A stretch of DNA of 64,000 nt from Dermatobacter hominis. GTDB lineage: Bacteria > Actinomycetota > Acidimicrobiia > Acidimicrobiales > Microtrichaceae. A program made the position numbers and the translations under genes. The notes beneath the pieces are model-generated. The model made no database searches. It worked only from the letters and a program-made list of their open reading frames with translations, and was not told where the DNA came from. The stretch is taken from positions 4,354,891 through 4,418,890 of the forward strand of contig NZ_CP085840.1 of the NCBI RefSeq assembly GCF_020715685.1, written 5' to 3'. Positions 46,854-58,495 of this stretch are shown here, in pieces (positions within the stretch are counted from its first letter, which is position 1; every line of letters begins with the position of its first letter).

Positions 46854-49017
46854 CGATGCCGGACTTGCGGAGCCACGCCGGGCCGGAGGTGCGGCCCTGG
46901 AGGGCGCCGGCCGGCGACGGGGTCGCGGCCGGTGCCGCCGGCGCGGCCGGTGCCGCCGGCGCGGCCGGTGCCGTCGGCGCGCCCTGAGTCGCAGGAGCCG
47001 ACCCGTTGCCGGACGGGGCCGGCGCGGTGGCGCCCGCGTCGGGCGGGGCCGGCGCGTCGGCGTCGCCCTTGATGCGCTCGGCGCGCTCCTTCTCGAGCCG
47101 GCGCAGCTCCGTCTCGACGCGTGCCAGCTGGTCCTCGCTGTACGGGAACCGGTAGCCCTCGGCCACGAAGCGCGCGGTGTCGGCCCGGTAGTCGTGGCCC
47201 GTGGAGCGGAAGTCGCCGGGGCTGTTGCGCATGGCGTTCGCCGCGTCGATGAGCGTCTGCAGGAACGTCACGACCGGGTACCAGCGCTGGCCGGCGGGCA
47301 CGTTGCGGCCGCGGGGCTCGCCCAGCCAGTCGGGCTGGCGGAACAGGATCGACGGGTCGACGTGGGTGATCGGATCGTTGTCGTGGCTGAGCTGCACGAC
47401 GCGCAGGGCGTCGCGCTGCTCGGGGGTGAGCTGCTCGAGCTCCTCCCACCGGTCGAACACGCCGACGGTCCCGGGCGGGGTCATCGCCCCCGGGCGGTCG
47501 AGGCCCGCCTTCGACCACTTGGCCAGGTGCGGCATGCCGAACCACAGGGCCCGGCTGATGCTGTAGCCGTCGAAGCCCTCGATGCCGGACTTCATGACGA
47601 CGTCGGACGACGACCACGCCCCGAGGCTCTCGCCGAACACCAGGACCTCGGGCCGGTCGGCCGGGTCCATGCCCATGAGCCGCTGGTGGACGCCGAGCAC
47701 CAGCGTCCGGAACTGGCGGCGACCCTGGCGCACCTTCTGCAGCGACAGGAACGACGGGTACCGCCCGTACTGCACGCACACCGTCGCGATGTCGCCGCGG
47801 GCGAAGAACTCGGCCGACTCCTGCACCGTGTGGTCGACCCAGCCCGTGCCGGTCGGCGACACGAGGAGCAGGTACCTCCGCTCGAACGCCCCGACCCGCT
47901 CGAGCTCGGCGAGCGCCGTCTCGGCCCGGGACGCCGAGTGGATCGGGTGGTCGTTGAAGCCGATGTAGATCCGGATCGGGGTCTTGGCGCCCTGCTCGTC
48001 GAGCGTGCGGTCGATGAGGTCCGGGTCGAGGGCGTCGAGCACGAAGCGGCGGCCCTGCTGGCCGAGCTCGTCGAAGGTCGCCAGGCTGTCGGGCGACCCG
48101 GAGACGAGCGGGTTGGTGGGCGGCGTGGCGTAGCCCGGGTCGACCTTCTCGTTCGACCGGCCGATGTAGGAGATGCCGGTCCAGTAGAGCCCGGTCAGCC
48201 CGCCGGCCCACATCGCCGCGTTGACGCCACGGGCCAGGACGTTCTTCGTGATGCCCGGCCCGAAGTAGCGGATCCAGCCCTTGCGGGTCATCCGGAACGA
48301 CGCGGCGAGGCCGGTGCCGACCGCCGTCACCGCGGCGGTGTCGAGCATGGCCTTCGGCAACGTCAGCGGCAGCTGGTCGAAGTCGTCGGTGAAGAACGAC
48401 CGGCGCTCCGCGAGATAACGCCGGGAGGCGAAGGTGGCGACCCCGAGCGAGGCGCCGGTCGTGATCGCCAGGCGGCGCACGCTGCGGGCGTCGTCGCCCT
48501 CCTTGGGGTCGACCTTCGAGAGGACGTCGTAGAGCGCCCCGCCGGCAGCGCCGACCTGCAGGAGCTCGCCGGAGAGGCGCGACACGCCGGCGGTCCAGCG
48601 CTGGTCGTCGGCGTCGGGCGCGCTGGCGAGCGCGTTGCCGCCCGCCACCATCGCGGCGCGGGCGACCAGGCGGACCGTGAGCGACGAGCTGCCGAACGTG
48701 ACCCGGTTGGTGATGCGCTCGACGGCGGAGCTGACGCCGCGGGCCGCGAGGATCGACAGCCCGCTCACCACCCCCTGGTGCAGCGAGGTGCGCGGCATCA
48801 GCGAGGGCTGGACGGACCGGATGAAGCTGGTCGTCTCGAGCGGGGCGCCCGGCGACGAGGTCAACGGCGAGATGACCGACAGCACGGACTCGAGCCGGGT
48901 GACCGCGGCGGAGCCGCGGGGCGCACCCTCGAGCGCGACGTCGGCGGTCCCCGTCGCGGGGAGGTCGTCGGGTCCGACTCCGGGCTGGGCGTCGGGGGCG
49001 GGGGTCGGGTCCTGCAT
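46846..49017 (-). CDS. membrane-anchored alpha/beta-hydrolase family protein (Abhydrolase_9-like) with Pro/Ala-repeat tail
   Basis: ATG at 49017 within ORF 46846..50232; N-terminal TM region, hydrolase core with nucleophile elbow LVFGESLGAWSS and downstream H/D; C-terminal (PAA)n repeats encoded by 18-bp DNA repeats (46920..46990). Confidence 0.7.
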   Translation of the reverse strand: MQDPTPAPDAQPGVGPDDLPATGTADVALEGAPRGSAAVTRLESVLSVISPLTSSPGAPLETTSFIRSVQPSLMPRTSLHQGVVSGLSILAARGVSSAVERITNRVTFGSSSLTVRLVARAAMVAGGNALASAPDADDQRWTAGVSRLSGELLQVGAAGGALYDVLSKVDPKEGDDARSVRRLAITTGASLGVATFASRRYLAERRSFFTDDFDQLPLTLPKAMLDTAAVTAVGTGLAASFRMTRKGWIRYFGPGITKNVLARGVNAAMWAGGLTGLYWTGISYIGRSNEKVDPGYATPPTNPLVSGSPDSLATFDELGQQGRRFVLDALDPDLIDRTLDEQGAKTPIRIYIGFNDHPIHSASRAETALAELERVGAFERRYLLLVSPTGTGWVDHTVQESAEFFARGDIATVCVQYGRYPSFLSLQKVRQGRRQFRTLVLGVHQRLMGMDPADRPEVLVFGESLGAWSSSDVVMKSGIEGFDGYSISRALWFGMPHLAKWSKAGLDRPGAMTPPGTVGVFDRWEELEQLTPEQRDALRVVQLSHDNDPITHVDPSILFRQPDWLGEPRGRNVPAGQRWYPVVTFLQTLIDAANAMRNSPGDFRSTGHDYRADTARFVAEGYRFPYSEDQLARVETELRRLEKERAERIKGDADAPAPPDAGATAPAPSGNGSAPATQGAPTAPAAPAAPAAPAAPAATPSPAGALQGRTSGPAWLRKSGIGG

Positions 49018-49074
49018 GACGGGAAGCCTACGGGGGCGAGTGGGTTCGACGGCGGCTGACGGCACGATGGAGCC

Positions 49075-50352
49075 ATGACCGCCGTGCCGCCCGCCGCCGA
49101 CCCGTCCGACCTGCTCCGCTTCGTCGGACCGGCCACCGACGTGATCGTCCCCGGACCCAACGGCGAACCGGTCGGCTTCGTGGACGCGCTCGAGGCGGCG
49201 GCGCCGGGCCTCGACGGCGTGCGGGTGCACCAGCTCGACTGCCAGCGCGACCGCGAGTACCACACCGGCTGCCACGGCGACCGGCTGCGCCACGTGTCGT
49301 ACTTCCTCAGCCGCGACATGCGCCCGCACTACGAGGCGGGCGGCGTCGACCTCGTGCCGAACGACTTCCACGCCATCCCGGACCTGCTCCGCCGCCGCTG
49401 GCGCAACCCGCTGCTCGCCGTCGCGGCGTCGCCGCCCGACCGCCACGGCTACGTCTCGCTCGGGCTGGCCGCCGACTACGCGGCGGCGCTGCTCGGCGAG
49501 GTCCCGGTCGTAATCGAGGTGAACCCGAACCTGCCGCGCACGAACGGCCTGCACACGCTGCACCTCTCCGACGCCCTGGGCTGGACCGAGGTGACGACCG
49601 AGCTGGTCGAGACACCGCCGCCGCCGGTCACCGACGTCGATCGCGCCATCGCCGAGCGGGTCGCCGAGCGCATCCCCGACGGTGCGACGCTCCAGATCGG
49701 CATCGGTGCGGTGCCCGGGCTGGTCGCCGGGATGCTCGGCGACCACCGCGACCTGGGCGTGCACACCGAGGTCCTCGGCGACGCGGTCATGGGCCTGATC
49801 GAGTCGGGGGCCGTCAACGGCCGGCGCAAGGCGCGCGAGCGCGGCCTGGCCACCACGACGATCGTGCTGGGCGGCGGCGAGCTCTACGAGTGGGCCGACG
49901 AGAACCCCGGGCTCTTCCTCCTCCCGGTCGACATCTCGAACGACCCGAGGGTGATCTCCCAGCACGACGACCTGTGCTCGATCAACGCCACGATGCAGGT
50001 CGACCTCCTCGGCCAGTGCGCGTCGGAGTCGCTCGGCACCCACTACGTGTCGTCGACCGGCGGTCAGGCCGACTTCATGCGTGGCGCCCAGCTGTCGCGG
50101 GGCGGGCAGAGCTTCATCGTCACCCACAGCACGGCGGTCGGGGGCACGGTGTCGCGCATCGTGCCGACGCTGACGCCCGGGGCCGTCGTGAGCGCGCACA
50201 AGAACCTGGTCGACAAGGTCGTGACCGAGCACGGCATCGCGGAGCTCACCGGCCGCACCGTCCGCGAGCGCACCGAGGCGCTGATCGCCGTCGCGGACCC
50301 GACGTTCCGCGACGACCTGGAGCGGGCCGCCAAGGAGCTGGGCTACCTCTGA
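49075..50352 (+). CDS. acetyl-CoA hydrolase/transferase family protein (4-hydroxybutyrate CoA-transferase-like)
   Basis: 425 aa; ATLQIGIGAVPG, TTIVLGGGELYEW, GQCASESLG, SSTGGQADFMRGA are conserved blocks of the AcetylCoA_hydro/CoA-transferase family. Confidence 0.85.
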   Translation: MTAVPPAADPSDLLRFVGPATDVIVPGPNGEPVGFVDALEAAAPGLDGVRVHQLDCQRDREYHTGCHGDRLRHVSYFLSRDMRPHYEAGGVDLVPNDFHAIPDLLRRRWRNPLLAVAASPPDRHGYVSLGLAADYAAALLGEVPVVIEVNPNLPRTNGLHTLHLSDALGWTEVTTELVETPPPPVTDVDRAIAERVAERIPDGATLQIGIGAVPGLVAGMLGDHRDLGVHTEVLGDAVMGLIESGAVNGRRKARERGLATTTIVLGGGELYEWADENPGLFLLPVDISNDPRVISQHDDLCSINATMQVDLLGQCASESLGTHYVSSTGGQADFMRGAQLSRGGQSFIVTHSTAVGGTVSRIVPTLTPGAVVSAHKNLVDKVVTEHGIAELTGRTVRERTEALIAVADPTFRDDLERAAKELGYL

Positions 50353-50391
50353 CGGCGCCGGCGGTGCGCGCCGAGGGCTCGCGGCGCCGGG

Positions 50392-51285
50392 TCAGGCGTC
50401 GTGGGGCCGGTTCGTCCAGCCCCGGCCGTGCCGGGTGCGGTACCAGCCCCCGGCGGCGTAGGTGCCGCCGTCGCAGTGCACGGTCGTCCCGGTGACGAAG
50501 GCCGACAGCTCCGACGCGAGGAAGACGGCCACGCCGGCTGCGTCACCCGGTTCGCCGAGCCGGCCGAGCGGCACCCAGGAGGGGATCCGTGCCACGTCCT
50601 CCTCGCCGAGCCAGCGCTCGTAGGGGAGCTGCTGGGAGCGGGTGACGTCGGGGGCGATGTCGTTGACGCGGATGCCGTGCTCGGACACCTGCAGGGCCAG
50701 GCTCTTCGAGAACTGCACGACGGCGGCCTTGAACGCGGCGTACACCGGGTGTCCCGGGATGCCGCGGAACGCCTCGACGGTGGTCAGGTTGACGATGCTG
50801 GGCCCCGGGCGCGTGCCGGCGGCGACCTCGGGACCGCCGGCGGCGATCAGGTGGGGGAGCGCCGCCCGGGTGACCCGCAGCACGTGGCCGAGGTTGATCT
50901 CGTAGAGCTCGGCGATCTGGTCGTCGGTGACGTCCGCGAAGGGCGTGACGGGGTGGAGGTAGTGGCCGACGCCGTTGACGAGGACGTCGAGTCCGCCCAG
51001 CCGGTCGACCGCGGCCTCGACGGTCGCGGCGGCCGCGCCGCGGTCGGTCACGTCGGCCGTCACGGCCCACGCGGCGCCGCCCGCCGCCACGACGTCGGAC
51101 GCGGTGCGCTCCGCCGCCTCGCCGTCCACGTCGGCCACGACCACGGCGGCGCCGTGCGACCCGAAGGCGAGGCACGTGCCGCGCCCGATGCCGTGGCCGC
51201 CGCCGGTCACCAGCGCACGGCGGCCCTCGAGCAGCGGCCCGGGGTCCGCCGTCCGGGCTCGGTCCACGGTGCGGCCCCCGTCCAT
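50392..51285 (-). CDS. SDR-family oxidoreductase
   Basis: 297 aa; ALVTGGGHGIGRG (Rossmann TGxxxGIG), NGVG, YAAFKAA (YxxxK). Confidence 0.85.
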   Translation of the reverse strand: MDGGRTVDRARTADPGPLLEGRRALVTGGGHGIGRGTCLAFGSHGAAVVVADVDGEAAERTASDVVAAGGAAWAVTADVTDRGAAAATVEAAVDRLGGLDVLVNGVGHYLHPVTPFADVTDDQIAELYEINLGHVLRVTRAALPHLIAAGGPEVAAGTRPGPSIVNLTTVEAFRGIPGHPVYAAFKAAVVQFSKSLALQVSEHGIRVNDIAPDVTRSQQLPYERWLGEEDVARIPSWVPLGRLGEPGDAAGVAVFLASELSAFVTGTTVHCDGGTYAAGGWYRTRHGRGWTNRPHDA

Positions 51286-51589
51286 GGGGCGAAGGTACCC
51301 GCCGGTCCCGGCCGTGCGGCGCCCGGCGCGCCGGGGGAGGTCCGCCCACGACCCGGAACCGATCGGCCCATGGCCCCCGAGGGGTGCCCGGCGCTCATCA
51401 TGGACCCATGCCCCGCACCACCGACCGCCCCCGCCCGCTCACGTCGCCGATCGACGTCGAGCTCGACATCGACACCGCCGGCCGCCACGAGATCGTCGAG
51501 GCCCTGGTCCGCGTCGGCTGCGGTCGCGCCGCGGCCCGGGCGCTGGCCGATTCGCTGGCCGCCGACAGCCCCGACGCCTGACGTTCAAG

Positions 51590-51666
51590 GTGGTCGGGAC
51601 GGCGAGATTCGAACTCGCGGCCCCCGGCTCCCAAAGCCGGTGCGCTACCAGGCTGCGCCACGTCCC
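51590..51666 (-). tRNA. tRNA-Pro (anticodon TGG)
   Basis: rc reads CGGGACGTGGCGCAGCCTGGTAGCGCACCGGCTTTGGGAGCCGGGGGCCGCGAGTTCGAATCTCGCCGTCCCGACCA; anticodon loop CU-TGG-GA; CCA encoded. Confidence 0.85.
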
Positions 51667-51799
51667 GTGCGGGCGACACTACCCGGGCGCCGTCCGGATC
51701 TCCGACGGCGTCCCGGTGCCGGCCGCCCACCGGTCCGGCCGCGGAGCGGCGCCCGGCGATGGGGAGCCCCGTCCGCGGCGGGAGTAGGCTCTCGCCCCT

Positions 51800-53167
51800 G
51801 TGAAAGCCACGCTCGAACCCGTTCCCGACACCCCCGACCTCGAGCCCAAGGTCAAGCTCACCGTGGAGGTGCCCGAGGCCGAGCTCGAGCCGGCGATCGC
51901 CGCGGCCTGGAAGGAGATCGCCAAGGAGGTGCGGATCCCCGGGTTCCGGCCCGGCAAGGCGCCCCGGGCGCTCATGGAGAAGCAAATCGGCACCGGCTAC
52001 GCCCGGTCCGAGGCCCTGCGCTCCGCCGTGCCCGAGTTCTACAGCGAGGCCGTGATCGACAACGACGTCGACGTCATCGCCCAGCCCGAGCTCGACATCA
52101 CCGACGGCGAGGAGTCCGGCGACGTCACCTTCACCGCCGTCGTCGGCGTCCGGCCGACCATCAACGTCGCCGGCTACGACGGCCTGCGGGTCGAGGTGCC
52201 GAGCCCGGACGTCCCCGACGACGAGGTCGAGGCCCAGCTCGACCGGCTCCGCAGCCAGTACGGCGAGCTCACCACCGTGGAGCGCGCCGCCGGCGAGGGC
52301 GACTACGTCACGATCGACATCGAGGGCACCCAGGACGGCGAGGAGGTCGACGGCCTCACCGCGGACGACTACCTCTACGCCGTCGGCTCCGGGATGATCG
52401 CCTCCGAGTTCGACGAGCACCTCGTCGGCGCCTCGGCCGGCGACGTGCTCGAGTTCTCCGCGGAGCACCCCGACCCCGACGAGGACGACGTCGACTTCCG
52501 CCTCACGGTCAAGGAGGTCAAGGAGCGGGTCCTGCCGGAGCTGACCGACGAGTGGGTCGCCGAGGCGACCGAGTTCGAGACCGTCGAGGAGCTGACCGCC
52601 GACGTGCGCGGCCGGCTGGCCGAGGGCCGGGAGAACCAGACCCGCGGCGCCGTGCGCGCCCGCACGGTCACGGAGCTGGCGAAGCTCGTCGACGAGGAGA
52701 TCCCCGAGTCGCTCGTCTCGGCCGAGATGCAGGGCCAGCTGCAGAACGTGATCATGCGGCTCCAGCAGCAGGGGATCGGCCTCGACGACTACCTGCGGGT
52801 GATGGGCCAGGAACCCGACGAGTTCATGGCCGGCCTGAAGGAGAGCGCGGTCGACGGCGTCAAGGCCGACCTGGCGCTGCGGGCCGTCGTCGCCGCCGAG
52901 GGCCTGACCGCCGAGGACGCCGACGTCGACCACGCGATCGAGGACATGATCGGCGACGCCGACATCACCCTCGACGACGCCCGGGAGCAGCTGCGCACCA
53001 ACGGGCAGCTCTCGGCGCTCAAGTCGGACCTGGCCGCGCAGAAGGCGATCGACTGGCTGGTCGAACACGCCGAGGTGGTGGATCCTGATGGCAAGGCCAT
53101 CGACGAGCGGTTCCTGCAGCCGCTCGAACACGACCACGATCACGACCACGATCACGATCACGACTGA
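51800..53167 (+). CDS. tig: trigger factor with C-terminal (His-Asp)6 tail
   Basis: 455 aa; N-term ribosome-binding region ([16 protein letters not shown] ~ GFRxGxxP signature), PPIase and C-terminal arm; ends ...[17 protein letters not shown] start. Confidence 0.9.
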   Translation: MKATLEPVPDTPDLEPKVKLTVEVPEAELEPAIAAAWKEIAKEVRIPGFRPGKAPRALMEKQIGTGYARSEALRSAVPEFYSEAVIDNDVDVIAQPELDITDGEESGDVTFTAVVGVRPTINVAGYDGLRVEVPSPDVPDDEVEAQLDRLRSQYGELTTVERAAGEGDYVTIDIEGTQDGEEVDGLTADDYLYAVGSGMIASEFDEHLVGASAGDVLEFSAEHPDPDEDDVDFRLTVKEVKERVLPELTDEWVAEATEFETVEELTADVRGRLAEGRENQTRGAVRARTVTELAKLVDEEIPESLVSAEMQGQLQNVIMRLQQQGIGLDDYLRVMGQEPDEFMAGLKESAVDGVKADLALRAVVAAEGLTAEDADVDHAIEDMIGDADITLDDAREQLRTNGQLSALKSDLAAQKAIDWLVEHAEVVDPDGKAIDERFLQPLEHDHDHDHDHDHD

Positions 53168-53261
53168 TCAGGCGGCCACCGGGATACGGTGGGCCACCCA
53201 CCGGCCCCGCCCGACGGGCGCCGGCGCACATCGACAGAACGACGCCGACCAGGAGAGCCGA

Positions 53262-53906
53262 GTGCCCCCCATCCAGCCGCAGAGCTACCTCGTCCCCAAC
53301 GTCATCGAGCAGACGAGCCGTGGTGAGCGCTACTCGGACCTGTACTCGCGCCTGCTCCGGGAGAACATCATCTTCCTCGGCACGCCGATCGACGACGCCG
53401 TGGCCAACCTGATCTGCGCCCAGCTGCTGTTCCTCGAGTCGGAGAACCCCGACAAGGACATCAGCATCTACATCAACTCGCCCGGCGGCGACATCAACGC
53501 CCTGATGGCGATCTACGACACGATGCAGTACATCCGGCCCGAGATCGCCACCCTGTGCTTCGGCCAGGCGGCCTCGGCGGCGGCGGTCCTGCTCGCCGCC
53601 GGCACGCCCGGCAAGCGCCTCGCGCTTCCCAACGCCCGGGTGCTGATCCACCAGCCGTACGCCCAGTCGGGCTACGCCCAGGTGTCGGACCTCGAGATCG
53701 CCGCCAACGAGATCATCCGGCTCAAGGAGACCCTCGAGCACGTGCTGTCGCGCCACACCGGGCAGTCCGTCGAGAAGATCTCCAAGGACACCGACCGCGA
53801 CTACGTGATGACCGCGGCCGAGGCCAAGGAGTACGGCATCATCGACGAGGTCATCGAGGCCCGCGACATCGTCGACAACAGCGGGCCCATCGCGGCGATC
53901 CGCTGA
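53262..53906 (+). CDS. clpP: ATP-dependent Clp protease proteolytic subunit (ClpP2-type)
   Basis: GTG at 53262 after aggaga; [33 protein letters not shown]...[50 protein letters not shown]...IHQP matches mycobacterial ClpP2. Confidence 0.9.
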   Translation: MPPIQPQSYLVPNVIEQTSRGERYSDLYSRLLRENIIFLGTPIDDAVANLICAQLLFLESENPDKDISIYINSPGGDINALMAIYDTMQYIRPEIATLCFGQAASAAAVLLAAGTPGKRLALPNARVLIHQPYAQSGYAQVSDLEIAANEIIRLKETLEHVLSRHTGQSVEKISKDTDRDYVMTAAEAKEYGIIDEVIEARDIVDNSGPIAAIR

Positions 53907-54006
53907 CGGATCGGGCACAATGGTCCACCACGCCGGGACCCCCTCGGCAGGGTGCGTGCCGTTGACCCGGCCGATTCCACCAACCAGCCGACCCTGAAGG
54001 AGCCCG

Positions 54007-55287
54007 GTGGCGAAGTTCGGTGACGGAGGAGAGCTCCTCAAGTGCTCGTTCTGCGGCAAGTCGCAGAAGCAGGTGAAGAAGCTCATCGCAGGCCCGGGGG
54101 TCTACATCTGCGACGAGTGCATCGACCTGTGCAACGAGATCATCGAGGAGGAGCTCGCCGAGACGGGTGAGCTGGTCCTCGACGAGCTGCCCAAGCCAGC
54201 CGAGATCTTCGAGTTCCTCGACGACTTCATCGTCGGCCAGGACCGGGCCAAGAAGATCCTGTCGGTCGCCGTCTACAACCACTACAAGCGGGTCCAGCAC
54301 GGCGCCACGCGCTCGGGTCCCGACGACGTCGAGCTGGCCAAGAGCAACATCATGCTCATCGGCCCGACCGGCTGCGGCAAGACGCTGCTGGCCCAGACGC
54401 TGGCCCGCATGCTCAACGTCCCGTTCGCCATCGCGGACGCCACGGCGCTGACCGAGGCGGGCTACGTCGGCGAGGACGTCGAGAACATCCTGCTCAAGCT
54501 GATCCAGGCCGCCGACTTCGACGTGAAGAAGGCCGAGACCGGGATCATCTACATCGACGAGATCGACAAGGTCGCCCGCAAGTCGGAGAACCCGTCGATC
54601 ACGCGCGACGTGTCCGGCGAGGGCGTCCAGCAGGCGCTGCTGAAGATCCTCGAGGGGACGACGGCGTCGGTGCCGCCGCAGGGCGGTCGCAAGCACCCGC
54701 ACCAGGAGTTCATCCAGATCGACACCACGAACATCCTGTTCATCTGCGGCGGTGCGTTCGCCGGGCTGGACAAGATCGTGGAGCAGCGGGTCGGCAAGAA
54801 GGGCATCGGCTTCGGCGCCGAGGTCCGGTCCGTCAACGAGCGGCGCGAGGGCGACCTGTTCGCCGACGCGCTGCCCGAGGACCTGCTCAAGTTCGGCCTG
54901 ATCCCCGAGTTCGTCGGCCGCCTGCCCGTCATGGGCGTCGTCGACAACCTCGACCGCGAGGCCCTCATCCAGATCCTCGTCGAGCCCAAGAACGCGCTGG
55001 TCAAGCAGTACCGCAAGTTCTTCGAGCTCGAGGAGGTCGAGCTCGAGTTCACCGACGAGGCGCTCGCCGCCGTCGCGGACCAGGCGCTGGCCCGGGGCAC
55101 CGGTGCCCGTGGCCTCCGGGCCATCCTCGAGGAGGTCCTGCTCGGGGTCATGTACGAGCTGCCGTCCCGCACCGACGTGAGCAAGGTCGTCGTCGACGAG
55201 GACTCGGTGCTCGAGAAGGTGAACCCCACGCTGGTGCCCCGCACCGGCAAGCCCCGCTCCAGCCGCCCGCGCCGCGCCGCGTCCTGA
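54007..55287 (+). CDS. clpX: ATP-dependent Clp protease ATP-binding subunit ClpX
   Basis: 426 aa; zinc-binding CSFCGKS...CDEC, Walker [24 protein letters not shown]. Confidence 0.95.
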   Translation: MAKFGDGGELLKCSFCGKSQKQVKKLIAGPGVYICDECIDLCNEIIEEELAETGELVLDELPKPAEIFEFLDDFIVGQDRAKKILSVAVYNHYKRVQHGATRSGPDDVELAKSNIMLIGPTGCGKTLLAQTLARMLNVPFAIADATALTEAGYVGEDVENILLKLIQAADFDVKKAETGIIYIDEIDKVARKSENPSITRDVSGEGVQQALLKILEGTTASVPPQGGRKHPHQEFIQIDTTNILFICGGAFAGLDKIVEQRVGKKGIGFGAEVRSVNERREGDLFADALPEDLLKFGLIPEFVGRLPVMGVVDNLDREALIQILVEPKNALVKQYRKFFELEEVELEFTDEALAAVADQALARGTGARGLRAILEEVLLGVMYELPSRTDVSKVVVDEDSVLEKVNPTLVPRTGKPRSSRPRRAAS

Positions 55288-55331
55288 GCGGCCGCGCCGA
55301 CCGCGCCCGCCCGCGTCCGGACCGCCTCCCC

Positions 55332-56645
55332 ATGGGCATCGTCGACTCGCTGGCCTGGCTCGACTCCCACCTGGACCACGAGTCCAGCTCCGTCGGCATC
55401 GCCGCGGGCCGGGTCGAGGGCTTGGACCTCGCCGCCATGTCGGAGCTGGTCGGGCTGCTCGGCGACCCGCAGACCGACGTGCCCGTCATCCACGTGACCG
55501 GCACGAACGGCAAGGGGTCGGTCACCGCGATGGTGGTGGGGCTGCTGCAGGCCCACGGGCTGAGCGTCGGCAGCTACACCAGCCCGCACCTCGAGCGCAT
55601 CAACGAGCGGATGCGCCGCGACGGTGAGCCGATCGACGACCAGACGCTGTCCGAGGTCCTCGACGGGCTCCGCGCCGTCGAGCCGCTGCTCTCGTCGCGA
55701 CCGACGTGGTTCGAGCTGGTGACCGCCGCCGCGCTCCGGTGGTTCGCCGAGGCGCCGGTCGACGTCGCGGTGGTCGAGGTCGGCCTGCTGGGGCGCTACG
55801 ACGCCACGAACGTCGTCGAGGCCCAGGTCGCCGTGGTGACGGGCGTGGGCGGCGACCACACCGACTTCCGGCCCGGTTGGGAGCTGGCGGTGGCGGGGGA
55901 GAAGGCGGGCATCATCGGTCCTGACGCCGCGGCCGTGCTCGGCCGGATGGAGCCCGAGCTGCGCGACGTGTTCCGTGCCGAGGGCCCGGCCTCGCTCGTC
56001 GCCGAGGACGTCGACTTCGAGGTGCTGTCCAGCCGACCCGCCATCGGCGGGCGGCTCGTGGAGATCGCCGGGGTGCACGAGCGCTACGACGAGATCTTCC
56101 TGCCGCTGCACGGCGACGTGCAGGCGCACAACGCCGCCGTGGCCGTCGCCGCGGTCGAGTCGTTCTTCGACCGGGCGCTCGACCCCGACCTCGTCCGTGA
56201 CGGGCTCGCGCTCGTCCGCCTCGAGGGGCGGGCCGAGGTGGTCGCCCACCAGCCGCTCGTGATCCTCGACGGCGCCCACAACCCCGACGCGCTGCGGGCG
56301 CTCGGCGCCACGCTCGACGACGAGTTCGCGACCGTGGGCTCACGGACCGTCGTGCTCGGCCTGCTCGCCGGCCGTGACCCCGATCAGGCCGTCGAGGCGC
56401 TCTCGTCGCTGCGGCCCGACCTGGTCGTGTGCACCACTGCCGATCCCGACGACCGGGGGCTGCCGGCCGAGGTCCTGGCGGCGGCCTGCGAGCGGGCCGG
56501 CCTGGCGCACGAGGCCGTCGCCACGCCGGCCGAGGCCGTGGCGCGGGCGCTGGCCCACGCCCAGGAGGAGGACCTCGTGGTCGTCACCGGCAGCTTCCGG
56601 CTGCTCGGCCCGGCACGGGCCGTGGTCGCCGCCGCCCTGTCCTGA
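55332..56645 (+). CDS. folC: bifunctional folylpolyglutamate synthase / dihydrofolate synthase
   Basis: 437 aa; P-loop [16 protein letters not shown], Mur-ligase fold blocks ([25 protein letters not shown]). Confidence 0.9.
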   Translation: MGIVDSLAWLDSHLDHESSSVGIAAGRVEGLDLAAMSELVGLLGDPQTDVPVIHVTGTNGKGSVTAMVVGLLQAHGLSVGSYTSPHLERINERMRRDGEPIDDQTLSEVLDGLRAVEPLLSSRPTWFELVTAAALRWFAEAPVDVAVVEVGLLGRYDATNVVEAQVAVVTGVGGDHTDFRPGWELAVAGEKAGIIGPDAAAVLGRMEPELRDVFRAEGPASLVAEDVDFEVLSSRPAIGGRLVEIAGVHERYDEIFLPLHGDVQAHNAAVAVAAVESFFDRALDPDLVRDGLALVRLEGRAEVVAHQPLVILDGAHNPDALRALGATLDDEFATVGSRTVVLGLLAGRDPDQAVEALSSLRPDLVVCTTADPDDRGLPAEVLAAACERAGLAHEAVATPAEAVARALAHAQEEDLVVVTGSFRLLGPARAVVAAALS

Positions 56646-56691
56646 CCGGGGCGCGCCGGTCGACGTGGCGCGGCGTCGGACCCGGCGTGGG

Positions 56692-57105
56692 TCAGGCGAG
56701 GCCGGGGAACCAGAGCCCGATCTCGCGGGCGGCCGACTCGGTGCCGTCGGAGCCGTGGACCAGGTTCTCGTTGGTGGTGGTGGCGAAGTCGCCGCGGATC
56801 GAGCCCGGCTGGGCGTCCTCGACCTTCGTCTTGCCGATCAGCGTGCGCATCAGGTGCCACGTGCCGTCGTCGGGGCCCTCGACCACCATGGCCACGACCG
56901 GTCCCCGGGTCAGGAAGGTGACGAGCTCGCCGAAGAACGGCTTGTCGGCGTGCTCCTCGTAGTGCGCCTCGACCAGCGCGACCTCGGGGACTCGCATGTC
57001 CATGGCGACGATCCGCAGGCCCTTGCGCTCGATGCGGCTCACGATCTCGCCGACCAGGCCCCGCTCCACGGCGTCGGGCTTGCACATGATGAAGGTCCTG
57101 GTCAC
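56692..57105 (-). CDS. ndk: nucleoside-diphosphate kinase
   Basis: GTG at 57105 in ORF 56692..57450; [28 protein letters not shown]...NLVHGSD (active-site His). Confidence 0.9.
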   Translation of the reverse strand: MTRTFIMCKPDAVERGLVGEIVSRIERKGLRIVAMDMRVPEVALVEAHYEEHADKPFFGELVTFLTRGPVVAMVVEGPDDGTWHLMRTLIGKTKVEDAQPGSIRGDFATTTNENLVHGSDGTESAAREIGLWFPGLA

Positions 57106-57452
57106 GGGTCTCGCTCCTGTCGTCGGTCCGGGGGTCCGGCGGGCGTGCCCGGCACGGCGGCGTGCGGCGGGGCAGGGGATCGAAGGGTAGGAGCGACCGG
57201 GGTGCGACGGCGAACCCGAGGCTGTGGCGTCGCTCGGGTCCCGCCCGGACCGTTTCGTCGCGGTCCTGAACCGACCGACAGGGGGCACTGGTCGGACGCT
57301 CGTCGAACCGTTAGGGTCTTTGCGGTCCTGTTGCGACGCCCTCCGTCGCACACCGCCGTCCTCGGGGCCCGCCCACCTCGCGGACGCGCCATGCGCGGGT
57401 GACCGTCCGGTCACACGCTCCGTCGACGCCCGAGTAGTTTGAGGACGCACCT

Positions 57453-58490
<1,038 letters not shown>

Positions 58491-58495
58491 ACCCC

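Noticed and set aside
46472-48211. 579-aa minus-strand Arg-rich ORF and several >300-aa plus-strand ORFs across 46.0-49.0 kb
   Set aside because: These are off-frame artefacts of the Abhydrolase_9 and CPBP genes.
51384-51581. 65-aa plus-strand ORF between the SDR gene and tRNA-Pro
   Set aside because: It is acidic and could be a real small protein, but it has no RBS or recognisable motif and overlaps the region just upstream of the tRNA. It was left uncalled.
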